From Arcobacteraceae bacterium (GTDB lineage: Bacteria > Campylobacterota > Campylobacteria > Campylobacterales > Arcobacteraceae), in NCBI GenBank assembly GCA_963662945.1, contig OY759974.1, positions 1,984,001-2,048,000 on the forward strand: a stretch of DNA of 64,000 bases, read 5' to 3'. This document shows, in pieces, positions 30,326-40,024 of the stretch; the stretch's first letter is position 1; each line of letters begins with the position of its first letter. The notes below the pieces were generated by a model. It was not told where the DNA came from and did not search any database. It saw only the letters and a program-made list of their open reading frames with translations. The position numbers and the translations under genes are program-made.

Positions 30326-31144
30326 TTAATAGTTTTGTAGTAGTTTTGTCCCTTGTAGAGAACCTTCATTGAGTGTAGATAAAGTTATAGAAAGTTTTTC
30401 TCTCTTAAAAGCACTTTGTAAAAATTGTTTTTCTAAAAAGCTTTTAATTTTGGGATGGTTTCCAACGCTACCACCTAATACTAAATGGTCAAAGTCAAAT
30501 AGATTTAAAGCAGTATGAAAAGCGTGTGATAATCCATTATAAAAATTTTCAATGATTATATTTGCATTGTCAGTATTGAGTGATTCTAGTAAATCTAATC
30601 TACTAAATTCTTTATCTATTTTAAAATAAGAGCACCAATGTTTAAGACCATTTCCACTTACATACAGTTCTAAACAATCGTCTCTTCCACATCCACAAGT
30701 AAATGGAGATTTTTTAAAAGGGATATGTCCTATCTCTCCAGCAGTGTTATTTGCACCTGTTACTAATCTGTTATTATCTATAAAAGCACTTCCAAACCCA
30801 GTTCCTATATAAAAAACTGCTAAAGATTTTACTTGCAAAGCATGATGTTCTGCAATTGCTGCACAATTTAAATCATTGTCAATAGCTACTGAAATTTTGT
30901 ATTTTTCCTCAATGTATTTTTTTACATCAAAGTTTGCTGTATGCGCATTTGGAGAGGAAATTATTTTTCCATTTCGTACCTGCCCAGCAAAAGATATACC
31001 TATAAAAGATATATTTGGATATTTTTTTATTATCTCATCAAGGAATTTTTTTAAATCTATTGTATCACTTGATAGTGTTGTTACGGAAGATTCATCAAAT
31101 TGATATCGAAAACTTGTTCCACCAAAATCAATATACAGATTCAT
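30326..31144 (-). CDS. ROK family sugar kinase (probable glucokinase)
   Basis: IDFGGT, DNDLN, GTGFG, GEIGH, CGCG..DCLE; start moved to ATG 31144. Confidence 0.87.
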   Translation of the reverse strand: MNLYIDFGGTSFRYQFDESSVTTLSSDTIDLKKFLDEIIKKYPNISFIGISFAGQVRNGKIISSPNAHTANFDVKKYIEEKYKISVAIDNDLNCAAIAEHHALQVKSLAVFYIGTGFGSAFIDNNRLVTGANNTAGEIGHIPFKKSPFTCGCGRDDCLELYVSGNGLKHWCSYFKIDKEFSRLDLLESLNTDNANIIIENFYNGLSHAFHTALNLFDFDHLVLGGSVGNHPKIKSFLEKQFLQSAFKREKLSITLSTLNEGSLQGTKLLQNY

Positions 31145-31145
31145 T

Positions 31146-32573
31146 TTATGACTTATATAACTCAATATATTCTTTAGTTGATTGTTTCCAAGAGTGGTCA
31201 ACTTTCATATTGTGTTTTGAAATTTGTTCAAATTTTTTATGATTTCCATATAATGATAACGCTTTTGCAATTGCATGCATAAACCAAAAAATATTGTGTT
31301 CTTCATATGTGATACCAATACCCATATACTCTTTTAAGTGATTATAATCAACATCAGTAAAATCTGTAACAGTATCTCTAAGTCCTCCTGTTTTAGCAAC
31401 AATTGGTAAAGTCCCATATTTCATACAAATCATCTGATTTAATCCACAAGGTTCAAATAAAGATGGCATCACTAAAAAGTCTGCCCCTGCATACATTTTT
31501 CTTGCAAAACTTTCGTTGTATCCAACTTTGATATAAACATTTGGATAACTTACAGAGATATTATTAAAAACTGTATTATAGTGTTCTTCCCCACTTCCAA
31601 GAACGATAAAGTTTGCTTCAAAATCTTTAAAAAAGTTAAAGTTTTCAATTAAAAGGTCAATTCCTTTTTGATGAGTGAATCGTCCTATAAAAACAAAAAG
31701 TGGTTTATCACATTCTACAAAGCCAACTTCTTTTAAGAGGTTTTGTTTGTTGATATCCTTGTCTTCATAAGTTTTTACCCCAAAGTTTTTATAAAGCATA
31801 TCATCTTTTTTTGGATCAAAAACATCATAACTTATACCATTTAAAATACCTTTGAGTTTATAACTGTTTGCTCGTAAAACATCATCTAAATCACTACCAA
31901 AAAGTGGTGTTTGAATTTCATTTGCATATGTTGGACTTACCGTTGTTATATGATCACTATAATAAATTCCTGCTTTTAAGAAATTTACTTGGTCATGATA
32001 TTCCAAAGATTCAGGTCTAAAACATTCATTCCAATCTATATCAAGAATTTTCATTGTATCTTTATGAAATACTCCTTGGTAAGCCAAGTTATGGATTGTT
32101 AATACAACTTTTTGGTTTAAATGATATTTCGTTTTAGCAAGAAGTGCTATAAGTGAAGTTTGCCAATCGTTTAAATGTATTACGTCAATTTCTAAATTCA
32201 TTTGTAGCATTACTTCAAGACAAGCATAACTAAAAAGCCCAAATCTTAAGGCATTATCCCCAAAGTCACCAAAGTCATCAAAATATAATCCTGTTCTATC
32301 ACATAAAATGGGATTATAAATAAACAGTTCATATTTATTCTTTTTATTAACAAAAATATCAAATTGATGAGTAATACCATCTAAGATATAATCAAATGTC
32401 AAGTCGGCATATTCTATATGAAATTTTTCTCTATCTATTGTTTGGTATAAAGGAAGAAGTGTATAAACTTTTTCTTTTTTTCTTAAAGCTTCAGGTAAAC
32501 TCTGTGCTACATCAGCAAGTCCACCTGTTTTAGCATACGGATACATTTCACTTGTACAAAATAATATTTTCAT
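31146..32573 (-). CDS. glgA: glycogen synthase (GT5)
   Basis: KTGGLADV, HLNDWQT, TIHNLAYQG, GRFTHQKG, PSLFEPCGLNQ. Confidence 0.96.
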   Translation of the reverse strand: MKILFCTSEMYPYAKTGGLADVAQSLPEALRKKEKVYTLLPLYQTIDREKFHIEYADLTFDYILDGITHQFDIFVNKKNKYELFIYNPILCDRTGLYFDDFGDFGDNALRFGLFSYACLEVMLQMNLEIDVIHLNDWQTSLIALLAKTKYHLNQKVVLTIHNLAYQGVFHKDTMKILDIDWNECFRPESLEYHDQVNFLKAGIYYSDHITTVSPTYANEIQTPLFGSDLDDVLRANSYKLKGILNGISYDVFDPKKDDMLYKNFGVKTYEDKDINKQNLLKEVGFVECDKPLFVFIGRFTHQKGIDLLIENFNFFKDFEANFIVLGSGEEHYNTVFNNISVSYPNVYIKVGYNESFARKMYAGADFLVMPSLFEPCGLNQMICMKYGTLPIVAKTGGLRDTVTDFTDVDYNHLKEYMGIGITYEEHNIFWFMHAIAKALSLYGNHKKFEQISKHNMKVDHSWKQSTKEYIELYKS

Positions 32574-32587
32574 TTTTTTCCTTTTTA

Positions 32588-33562
32588 TTAACTCTCTTTT
32601 AAAATTTCTGCTGCTGTTTCAGGTAAAAAAGTATTTACCATTATATCTGTATCTAATTCAAATCCAGCAATCTTATATAAGCGTGGTAAAATTTCAATAT
32701 GGAAACGGTTGGAGTTTTTTTTAGATTGAATATCTCCATTTTTAATAAGCATATTGAAATCAGGTCCACCCAAAGCATTATTTAGTTTTAGGAAGCAAAA
32801 ATTAATAACTTCACTTAAAGAATAAATATCTACATCATTAAAGTCCAACAAAGATGTAAGATTTTTTTTAGCAACAATATTTATTTCAAAAGGATACCTT
32901 GAAGCATAAGGGCAAAATGCTATAAAAGAACTATTTTCAAACAATAATCCTTTTTTAAAATTTTTTTCATCAGCAATAAAATCATCAAAAAAATCCCTCT
33001 CAGTATCAATTTTATATTTCTCATAAAATTGCAATGCTTTTTGTGTAGTTTTTGGGATGAAAGGTGTTGCAATAAGTTGTGAGTGTGAATGTTCCATTGT
33101 TGCACCGGCATTTTCGCCATGATTTTTAAATATTGAAAAATATTTGATTCGGACATCTTTTTTTAAATCTTTTAATCGTAACTGTATAATTGAAAAATAG
33201 TCGAAAAACTCATCAACAGTAAAATCAAACATTTGTTTTGTATGGTTAGGTGTTTCTATGATAACTTCATGAGCCCCAAAGCCACTTTTATTTTCAAAAC
33301 AGCCATTTTTGTAAGAGTTTGGTTCTACCTCTATAGAGAGTGCATGGTAAAGATTAGCCACAATTCTACATCTCCAATGCGTATCATCTCCAATTCTCAG
33401 TAGCTCATTTGGTGTTTTTTCCTCATTGCCTAATTCAAATGGACAACTTGTAATATCAGAAAGAGTTGTATTAAAAGAGTTGAAATTTGTTGGTCGTTTT
33501 GCACGATTGGGGGCAAAAAGTATCCAATGTTGTGTGAGTTTGTTATATCGAAATTCTGACAT
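32588..33562 (-). CDS. GalT-like nucleotidyltransferase (HIT-fold)
   Basis: RAKRP, CPF..GNE..TP, GAHEVIIETP.H, AGATMEHSHSQ (HxHxQ), AGFELDT. Confidence 0.88.
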   Translation of the reverse strand: MSEFRYNKLTQHWILFAPNRAKRPTNFNSFNTTLSDITSCPFELGNEEKTPNELLRIGDDTHWRCRIVANLYHALSIEVEPNSYKNGCFENKSGFGAHEVIIETPNHTKQMFDFTVDEFFDYFSIIQLRLKDLKKDVRIKYFSIFKNHGENAGATMEHSHSQLIATPFIPKTTQKALQFYEKYKIDTERDFFDDFIADEKNFKKGLLFENSSFIAFCPYASRYPFEINIVAKKNLTSLLDFNDVDIYSLSEVINFCFLKLNNALGGPDFNMLIKNGDIQSKKNSNRFHIEILPRLYKIAGFELDTDIMVNTFLPETAAEILKES

Positions 33563-33573
33563 GCCTTACCTTA

Positions 33574-35658
33574 TTATATATACCAATTGTTTAAATCTAA
33601 ATCTTCTATCTCTATGGTGAAATTACCATATAAAGGGAATGATTGAAGAGTGAGATTGTTTTCTATTATAAAAAATTTAAAATCTATTCTTTGACCTATT
33701 ATAATATCTTTTTGTAAAATTTCTAATTCAATATTATCATGAACATTACAAGAAAATAGTGTAAAATCATTTTGTACTATATTTTGTTTATCTTTTTGTA
33801 TCTCTATATTAAATTCTACATTGTTGATAAGTATTTTTAAAATAGAGTTTTCTTTTAATTTATTAAAGTTTCCATCAAAAAAGATAAAAAGTCTTTTTTT
33901 AGAGTATCCATACCGAATATGTTTGACTATACTTTTTGTAGAATCCATCACTGAGAATTCTTTTTTTATGTCAATAATACCAGAATTTAACCACTCAAAA
34001 TAATCACTTTTAACTCCATCAATTTTTGGATATATAAAGTTTATAGGTTTTGTATGAAAACTATTTTTTAGCTGTGTTTGTACGATAGGAGTTAATATTT
34101 TGTGTGGTATATCAGCTTGCATATATTGAAAAATATTGATTAGGTGTTTTCTAAAAAGTTCGTCAAACTCTTTTGCTTGGAGTGTAAAATGATCATCTCC
34201 ATACCACCAAAACCAATCACTTCCAAGTGCAATCATAAACTCTTTTTCAATTAATTCAAGAGTTTGACTATCTAAATGCTCTTTTCTTTTATCAAATTCT
34301 TTTTTTGTTAAATCTAGAAGTTCCCAAGCTTGATTTTTTTCACAACTTCCTATCCAAATATCAAAGTTTCCATTTATCCAACTTCCAGTTGCTAATTGAG
34401 AAATACTAATGGTTTGAATTTCACTATCATTTGTTATTTCATCCATTGTGACTGTTTGTAACCAAGGTGTATTTTCAAAAAGAGTATAGAGTTCTTTAAA
34501 AAACTCCCAACCATTATTTGGAAAAAACTCCCATGCATTTTCCCCGTCTAATATAACATTAACAAGTGGTGAAAAATCACAATTATCATAAATATTTTTT
34601 AAATGTTTTACAAACTCAGCAGCTGCAGCTTTTGCATCTTTTTGACTATAATCAAAACCTATTGCATCACTTAAATGGTGATCTCTAAATCGTACTTGAA
34701 TAGTACCATTTTCTGTATATAAGTTATAGTTTTTATAGATATTAAGTTTTGTATTATTTTTGAGTGTTTTAAATAAGATTTCTTCATCTGTACAGAACCA
34801 CTGTAAATGATTTTGTGCAAAGAGTTCTGCTGTTTTAAAACTAACACTTCCTTCAGCTGGCCAAAATCCTGAAGGTTTTTTTCCAAATAGTTTTTCAAAA
34901 TATGCAATAGCATATTGTGTATTCTTTTCTCCAAATGTATGAAAATCTGTAGTAATATTTGGTAATGTCACACTTGGTTTTGCCTCTAAGGCACTCTGTG
35001 TATCAAGAAGTAGTGGTGTTATAGGATGATAATATGGAGTGGTACAAAGTGTAATTTTCTTTTCTTGATCAAGTTTTTTATAAAAGTCCAAAATAGTAGG
35101 TAAAAATAGAATAAGTTCCTCTATAAGGTTTTGTTTATCTTCTTGTGTAAAATATTGTCCTTTTTGTAAAAGTGTACTAACAATTTTATTGTTTTGGCGT
35201 AAATAATTACCACACCAAGAAAGGAGAAATAATACCTCTAAATCTAATAATTCATTGCTTGAAAAATCTAATATTGTATTATGTGTGTTGAATCTTAAAT
35301 AAAGTTCATAATATCTTTTTAAAGGTTTAATCATATTTTTTTCATTTGCTAAAAAAAGATAACTTTGAAGAAATTCTATATCATTTTTTGATAGATTATC
35401 AATATTTATTTTGAGTGTTTCAATGAGTTTATCATTTGCAGTATTATGAATATAAGATTCAATTTGAGATATTAAAGAGGGTACAAGGTTGTAAGTGGCT
35501 TTGATACTACTAAATTTTGAACCATACCATGGAATATCATAATAATCTTTAATAGCGTGCAAAAACACCCAAGGCATAAGAGTTTCATTCTCTTTATCAT
35601 CCTTGTAGTATGGTTGATGCATATGCCATAAAAAGGCAAGTTTTAGTGTTTTATTCAC
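33574..35658 (-). CDS. GH57 amylopullulanase-like glycoside hydrolase
   Basis: WHMHQPYY, PYYHPI.PL, WPAEGSVS, LDGENAWE, GSDWFWWYG. Confidence 0.9.
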   Translation of the reverse strand: MNKTLKLAFLWHMHQPYYKDDKENETLMPWVFLHAIKDYYDIPWYGSKFSSIKATYNLVPSLISQIESYIHNTANDKLIETLKINIDNLSKNDIEFLQSYLFLANEKNMIKPLKRYYELYLRFNTHNTILDFSSNELLDLEVLFLLSWCGNYLRQNNKIVSTLLQKGQYFTQEDKQNLIEELILFLPTILDFYKKLDQEKKITLCTTPYYHPITPLLLDTQSALEAKPSVTLPNITTDFHTFGEKNTQYAIAYFEKLFGKKPSGFWPAEGSVSFKTAELFAQNHLQWFCTDEEILFKTLKNNTKLNIYKNYNLYTENGTIQVRFRDHHLSDAIGFDYSQKDAKAAAAEFVKHLKNIYDNCDFSPLVNVILDGENAWEFFPNNGWEFFKELYTLFENTPWLQTVTMDEITNDSEIQTISISQLATGSWINGNFDIWIGSCEKNQAWELLDLTKKEFDKRKEHLDSQTLELIEKEFMIALGSDWFWWYGDDHFTLQAKEFDELFRKHLINIFQYMQADIPHKILTPIVQTQLKNSFHTKPINFIYPKIDGVKSDYFEWLNSGIIDIKKEFSVMDSTKSIVKHIRYGYSKKRLFIFFDGNFNKLKENSILKILINNVEFNIEIQKDKQNIVQNDFTLFSCNVHDNIELEILQKDIIIGQRIDFKFFIIENNLTLQSFPLYGNFTIEIEDLDLNNWYI

Positions 35659-38143
35659 TGATCCAGTTCTCTATCTTTTCTTGATATTTCCAAAATATTT
35701 TACTAGCATTTTTTTCATCATCTGCTTGAATATAAATATTTAAAAAGTCATTATGTTCATCTGGAACCATTAAAATCCACTCATCATCACTAATCCATAT
35801 TTTTACACCATCCACAGAACTTGTTTTTTTATTTTTCCCATCTTCTAGGAATTTTCTCATCATTTTGCCTTTAAATTCACTAGGACAAGCTACGTTTTCA
35901 CCTTTATATGTAAAATATGGAATATGAGCGATAATATTTGAAAGAGTTTTTCCAGATTTTAGAAGAAGTTCTAATATTTTGAAACTTGAAAATACTGCAT
36001 CACGATTAAGACCAAATTCACTAAATGCAAAATGCCCATCTGTAGTTGCAATAAGAGTATATTCTTTTAAATCAGCGGCTTTGAGATTATTGAGTTTTCC
36101 TCTTGTAATATCTAAATTTTTATATTCAATACAATCAGGTGCCCAAGCAGGTAAAAATACTTTTACTTTTGTATCTGTTGTAATATCTAAAAGGTGTAAA
36201 ACAACTAAGAGTGCGATATAGTCATAAACTAATTCACCCTCATCATCAATAATTTGAAACTTTTGTCCATTTGGATAGATTAGAAAACCACAATCTAAAT
36301 TCATGGCTTTTACCATATTTCCCATATCTTTTTGTGATTTTACTACATTTGCAGCAATTTTTGATAAACTTTTATCATCATGGTATCCATTGAGTAATAT
36401 GTTTTCTACTCCAAGATGATTCATGATTTTTGGATAGATATCTGCAGTTGAACCAAACATCATATCTGTTGCAATTTTAAGATTATTATTTTTAAAAATA
36501 TTATGATTGAGTTTTTGAATTACTGCATCCATATATCTATTTTTAATATTCTTTTTATTTGAGATTTCACCAATTTCGGTATAAGTTACACGTCTGAAAT
36601 TTTCTCTAAAAAATATTCTTTCAATTGATTTTGCAAGTTTTGAATCAATTGCTAATCCTTCACTTGTATATAATACAATTTCTGTATTTGCAGGGTCTTC
36701 AACTGATTGTCTAAAGTGTATACCAGCAGCTATATGTTCATCATTTGCCAAACTATGTCTCATAACGTTGGATGGAACACTTTCAATATCAATAACATTT
36801 ATACCAGTAGAAAGGATTCCTGATAGAAATGCTCGTTTTAACATTCGTGAGCTTTTATGATAATCTCTTGAAATATATACTTTACTTCCTACAGGTAAAA
36901 TAGACCCAAAAGATTCTGCAAGTTTCACACTTACATCACATGAAAGTTCTATATTAGTTCTTCCAATTACTTTTCCATCTTCAAAAATAGATGATTTATA
37001 TTTATTTCCCCAAATGACATTGTTACTTACTACAGAGTTAGCATCAATAATTTTATCAGGCCACATCATAATATCTTTTTCGAAACTAGCTTTTTTCCCT
37101 ATTTCACAATGTTCAGCTATTATAACACCAAAATTTGCTTTTACTTCATCTTTAATAATATTGTCATTACAAATAACGCTATTGTGAATAAGTGCTTTTT
37201 GACCTACAGAGATATTGTCCCAAAGTACACTATTTGATACTTCAGAGTGTTTTCTGATTTTTACATTAGAACCTATAGATACATTGCTAAGAGTTACACC
37301 TTCAGCTACTTTTGTATCTTTTCCAATGATAACTGTACCATTGATTCTTATTTTTTCAGGAAGAGATACTCCTTCTTCTAAATAAGCAATTCCTTTTTCA
37401 AAAGTTACTTTTTCCCCTTTATATGGAAGAGTGATTAAGCCTTTGAAAATATCATCATATACTTCTCTATAACTTTGTGGATTTCCAACATCTCTCCAAT
37501 AGCCTTCAGAACTATAACCCCATAACGGAATATCATTTGACATTAAAGTAGGAAATAAATCTTTAGCAAAGTCAAAATTTTCACCATGTGGTATATATTT
37601 TAAAATTTCAGGTTCAATCATATAAATACCTGTATTAATAGTATCACTAAATACTTCACCCCAACTAGGTTTCTCTAAGAATTTTTCAATTCTATTCTCT
37701 TGAGAAGCAATAACAACACCAAATTGAAGTGGATTCTCTACACTAGTTAGTGTAATAGTTAATTGAGATTTTTTCTTTTCATGAAATTTTTTAATCTTTT
37801 TAAAATCAAAATCAGTAACTAAATCACCACTTACAATAATAAAAGTTTCATCAAGAAAATCTCTTGCAAAAGCAACAGCACCAGCAGTTCCATAATCATC
37901 ATCAGGTTGAACATAAGTGATTTTTACTCCAAAATTACTTCCATCACCAAAATGCTCTTTAATAATTTCCGGTTTAAAATAAAGGAGTACAGCCATCTCT
38001 TTAATATCAAGTTCATCACGAAGTTTGATAATAATATGTTCCATCATTGGTCGATTTAATATTGGCAACATTGGCTTTGGTAAAGAGTTTGTTAAGGGTT
38101 GAATTCTTGTACCAAATCCACCTGCTAAGATTATCGCTTTCAT
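35651..38143 (-). CDS. sugar-1-phosphate nucleotidyltransferase + LbH + degenerate phosphohexomutase fusion
   Basis: ILAGGFGTR..PLT...PKPM, GTAGAV, EKP, YWRDVG, hexapeptide repeats, then mutase-like SRDY..SSRMLKRA and DGVK. Confidence 0.87.
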   Translation of the reverse strand: MKAIILAGGFGTRIQPLTNSLPKPMLPILNRPMMEHIIIKLRDELDIKEMAVLLYFKPEIIKEHFGDGSNFGVKITYVQPDDDYGTAGAVAFARDFLDETFIIVSGDLVTDFDFKKIKKFHEKKKSQLTITLTSVENPLQFGVVIASQENRIEKFLEKPSWGEVFSDTINTGIYMIEPEILKYIPHGENFDFAKDLFPTLMSNDIPLWGYSSEGYWRDVGNPQSYREVYDDIFKGLITLPYKGEKVTFEKGIAYLEEGVSLPEKIRINGTVIIGKDTKVAEGVTLSNVSIGSNVKIRKHSEVSNSVLWDNISVGQKALIHNSVICNDNIIKDEVKANFGVIIAEHCEIGKKASFEKDIMMWPDKIIDANSVVSNNVIWGNKYKSSIFEDGKVIGRTNIELSCDVSVKLAESFGSILPVGSKVYISRDYHKSSRMLKRAFLSGILSTGINVIDIESVPSNVMRHSLANDEHIAAGIHFRQSVEDPANTEIVLYTSEGLAIDSKLAKSIERIFFRENFRRVTYTEIGEISNKKNIKNRYMDAVIQKLNHNIFKNNNLKIATDMMFGSTADIYPKIMNHLGVENILLNGYHDDKSLSKIAANVVKSQKDMGNMVKAMNLDCGFLIYPNGQKFQIIDDEGELVYDYIALLVVLHLLDITTDTKVKVFLPAWAPDCIEYKNLDITRGKLNNLKAADLKEYTLIATTDGHFAFSEFGLNRDAVFSSFKILELLLKSGKTLSNIIAHIPYFTYKGENVACPSEFKGKMMRKFLEDGKNKKTSSVDGVKIWISDDEWILMVPDEHNDFLNIYIQADDEKNASKIFWKYQEKIENWISE

Positions 38144-38202
38144 TGTATCTCCTGTTTCTTTAATCTATATAGTTATTATATTCTTTTTTTCGTAACAAAT
38201 TG

Positions 38203-40011
38203 TTAATCCACTTTCCATGCTTTACAGATACTAAATAACTGTCTATTCTTTTGAAAAAGTGTATGCATTTGTCTAAGAATATTTTTAATTATAATGACTG
38301 TATCTGTTACATAAGGGCCTTTATTGAGCATAACACAATCTGCTCTTTGAGCAATAGCTGCATCTGTAACTTCTGCACGACTTGGAAGATTGTTTTTCAT
38401 TTTTCCCTCAAGAATTTGTGTAGCGTATATAACTGGTGTATGAGAAGCTTCACAAATATTTAAAATCTCCTCTTGTATATAAGGAAGATTATCAAAACCA
38501 ACTTCAATAGCTAAATCACCTCTTGCAATCATAAGTGCATGATTTGGCCATTCTAGAAGTGTTTCAAGGATTAAAGGAAGATTTTTCAATGCAGTTTTTG
38601 TCTCAATTTTTGGAGCTATTGCTATGTGTTCTTTATTTTTAAGTTTTAACATATTTTGTAGCTTTTTTATATCTTCTGGTGTTTGTGCAAAAGATAAACC
38701 AATAATATCTGCAAACTCAACAATATCTTCAAATATTTTTTCATCTTCAGGAGTTATTGCATCAATTTTTAAATCAGTGCTTGGAAAGTTAATTCCTTTT
38801 TCTTCTTTTAAAGATGTTCCATTTTCTTTTGCTAAGAAAATATCACATACCAAACCAATTTCATTGATATGAGATACTTTACAACCAATCTTTCCATCAT
38901 CTATAAAAATATCATCACCGATATTTACGTAAGGAAAAATCTCTTTATTGGAACATCCTATAACTGCATTATAAGTGATGTTTTCATAGGAGTAATCACT
39001 ACAACCAATAATATCTTGATGTGTAATAATGATTTGATTTCCTTTATAAAGTTTTATATCTTCTGGCAGTTTTTCAATATTATAAAGGCAACTGATATAT
39101 TTATGATTTTCATCTTTTATCTCAATAGTTGTATTTTCAAAGATAGTGATTTTTTTATTTGCATTTAGAAAAATTCTATCATTTTCTTTGATTAATTCAT
39201 AACATTGTCTAGCATCTCTTTCAAAATCATCAATTTTAACTTTTGTACTTGTTTTACATATTTGAAAAAAATCATGACTTACTACAAGTGTAGCTTGAAC
39301 TGAATTTGTATTACTTTTTTCAAGTTTTTTTGTAGCTACATCTGGTGTAGAAATAGGAATTAACTCTACAAGTTTTGGGTTTCTCCATGAACCAATTTTA
39401 AAAGGTGTAAAAACTTTTTGGATAGTTTGTGTTCTATTTTTGGGACCAGCTAAATCAACATATATTTTTGTTTCTTTATTTTGTTTTCCATTTTCTTCTT
39501 TAATAAAAGAAGCCATTCTATTCCAAGCAGCCGCATTATCGTGTGCTGTATTGATTCTAAAAACAGAAGTTCCATTTGCAATGAGTTCCCCTATTAGTTT
39601 TGGCGATTCCTGAGCTTCACTTGGAAGGGTTACCATAACTTTTGTTTTAAAACTTAAATCAGATTTTCCAAATACTTCACTATTTTTTAACATAATGTTT
39701 TTAGCATCATCATAATTTAATGCATCTAAATCATTTTGTGTTTGTTTATAGGGCTTATGTAATAGTTTTGATAATATAAGGATATCTTGATTAATAGAGT
39801 TTATAACACAACTTTGAGCTCTTCCTAAAGAAGATAATCCTAGATTTGTAAGATGATTTTGTAATTCTCGTAAATCAAGTGAACGTAATTTTATGTACGC
39901 TTGAAGGTTTTGTATACTTTGATTTGGATTATTTTGATCCACATTAGATAAAATCTCTTCTTTAAGTTCTAATAGTTGTGAGTAGGTTGTTTCTATTATT
40001 TTAGATTCCAT
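38203..40011 (-). CDS. pyk: pyruvate kinase, long variant
   Basis: RINTAHD, DLAGPK, IDDGKI, KIET, ARGDL, ATQILE, PSRAEVTD. Confidence 0.88.
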   Translation of the reverse strand: MESKIIETTYSQLLELKEEILSNVDQNNPNQSIQNLQAYIKLRSLDLRELQNHLTNLGLSSLGRAQSCVINSINQDILILSKLLHKPYKQTQNDLDALNYDDAKNIMLKNSEVFGKSDLSFKTKVMVTLPSEAQESPKLIGELIANGTSVFRINTAHDNAAAWNRMASFIKEENGKQNKETKIYVDLAGPKNRTQTIQKVFTPFKIGSWRNPKLVELIPISTPDVATKKLEKSNTNSVQATLVVSHDFFQICKTSTKVKIDDFERDARQCYELIKENDRIFLNANKKITIFENTTIEIKDENHKYISCLYNIEKLPEDIKLYKGNQIIITHQDIIGCSDYSYENITYNAVIGCSNKEIFPYVNIGDDIFIDDGKIGCKVSHINEIGLVCDIFLAKENGTSLKEEKGINFPSTDLKIDAITPEDEKIFEDIVEFADIIGLSFAQTPEDIKKLQNMLKLKNKEHIAIAPKIETKTALKNLPLILETLLEWPNHALMIARGDLAIEVGFDNLPYIQEEILNICEASHTPVIYATQILEGKMKNNLPSRAEVTDAAIAQRADCVMLNKGPYVTDTVIIIKNILRQMHTLFQKNRQLFSICKAWKVD

Positions 40012-40024
40012 AAGCTTTTTTATC

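Noticed and set aside
7234-31201. Longest-ORF starts at 8481, 8831, 19395, 22400, 26658 and 31201
   Set aside because: The extensions run into promoters or upstream genes; downstream starts fit the RBS, operon packing and domain boundaries better
38175-38207. Possible box pair upstream of the NTase-GH57-galT-glgA operon
   Set aside because: Spacing to TATAAT is 10 rather than 9 nt and the distal box is poor; kept only as a tentative 14th site
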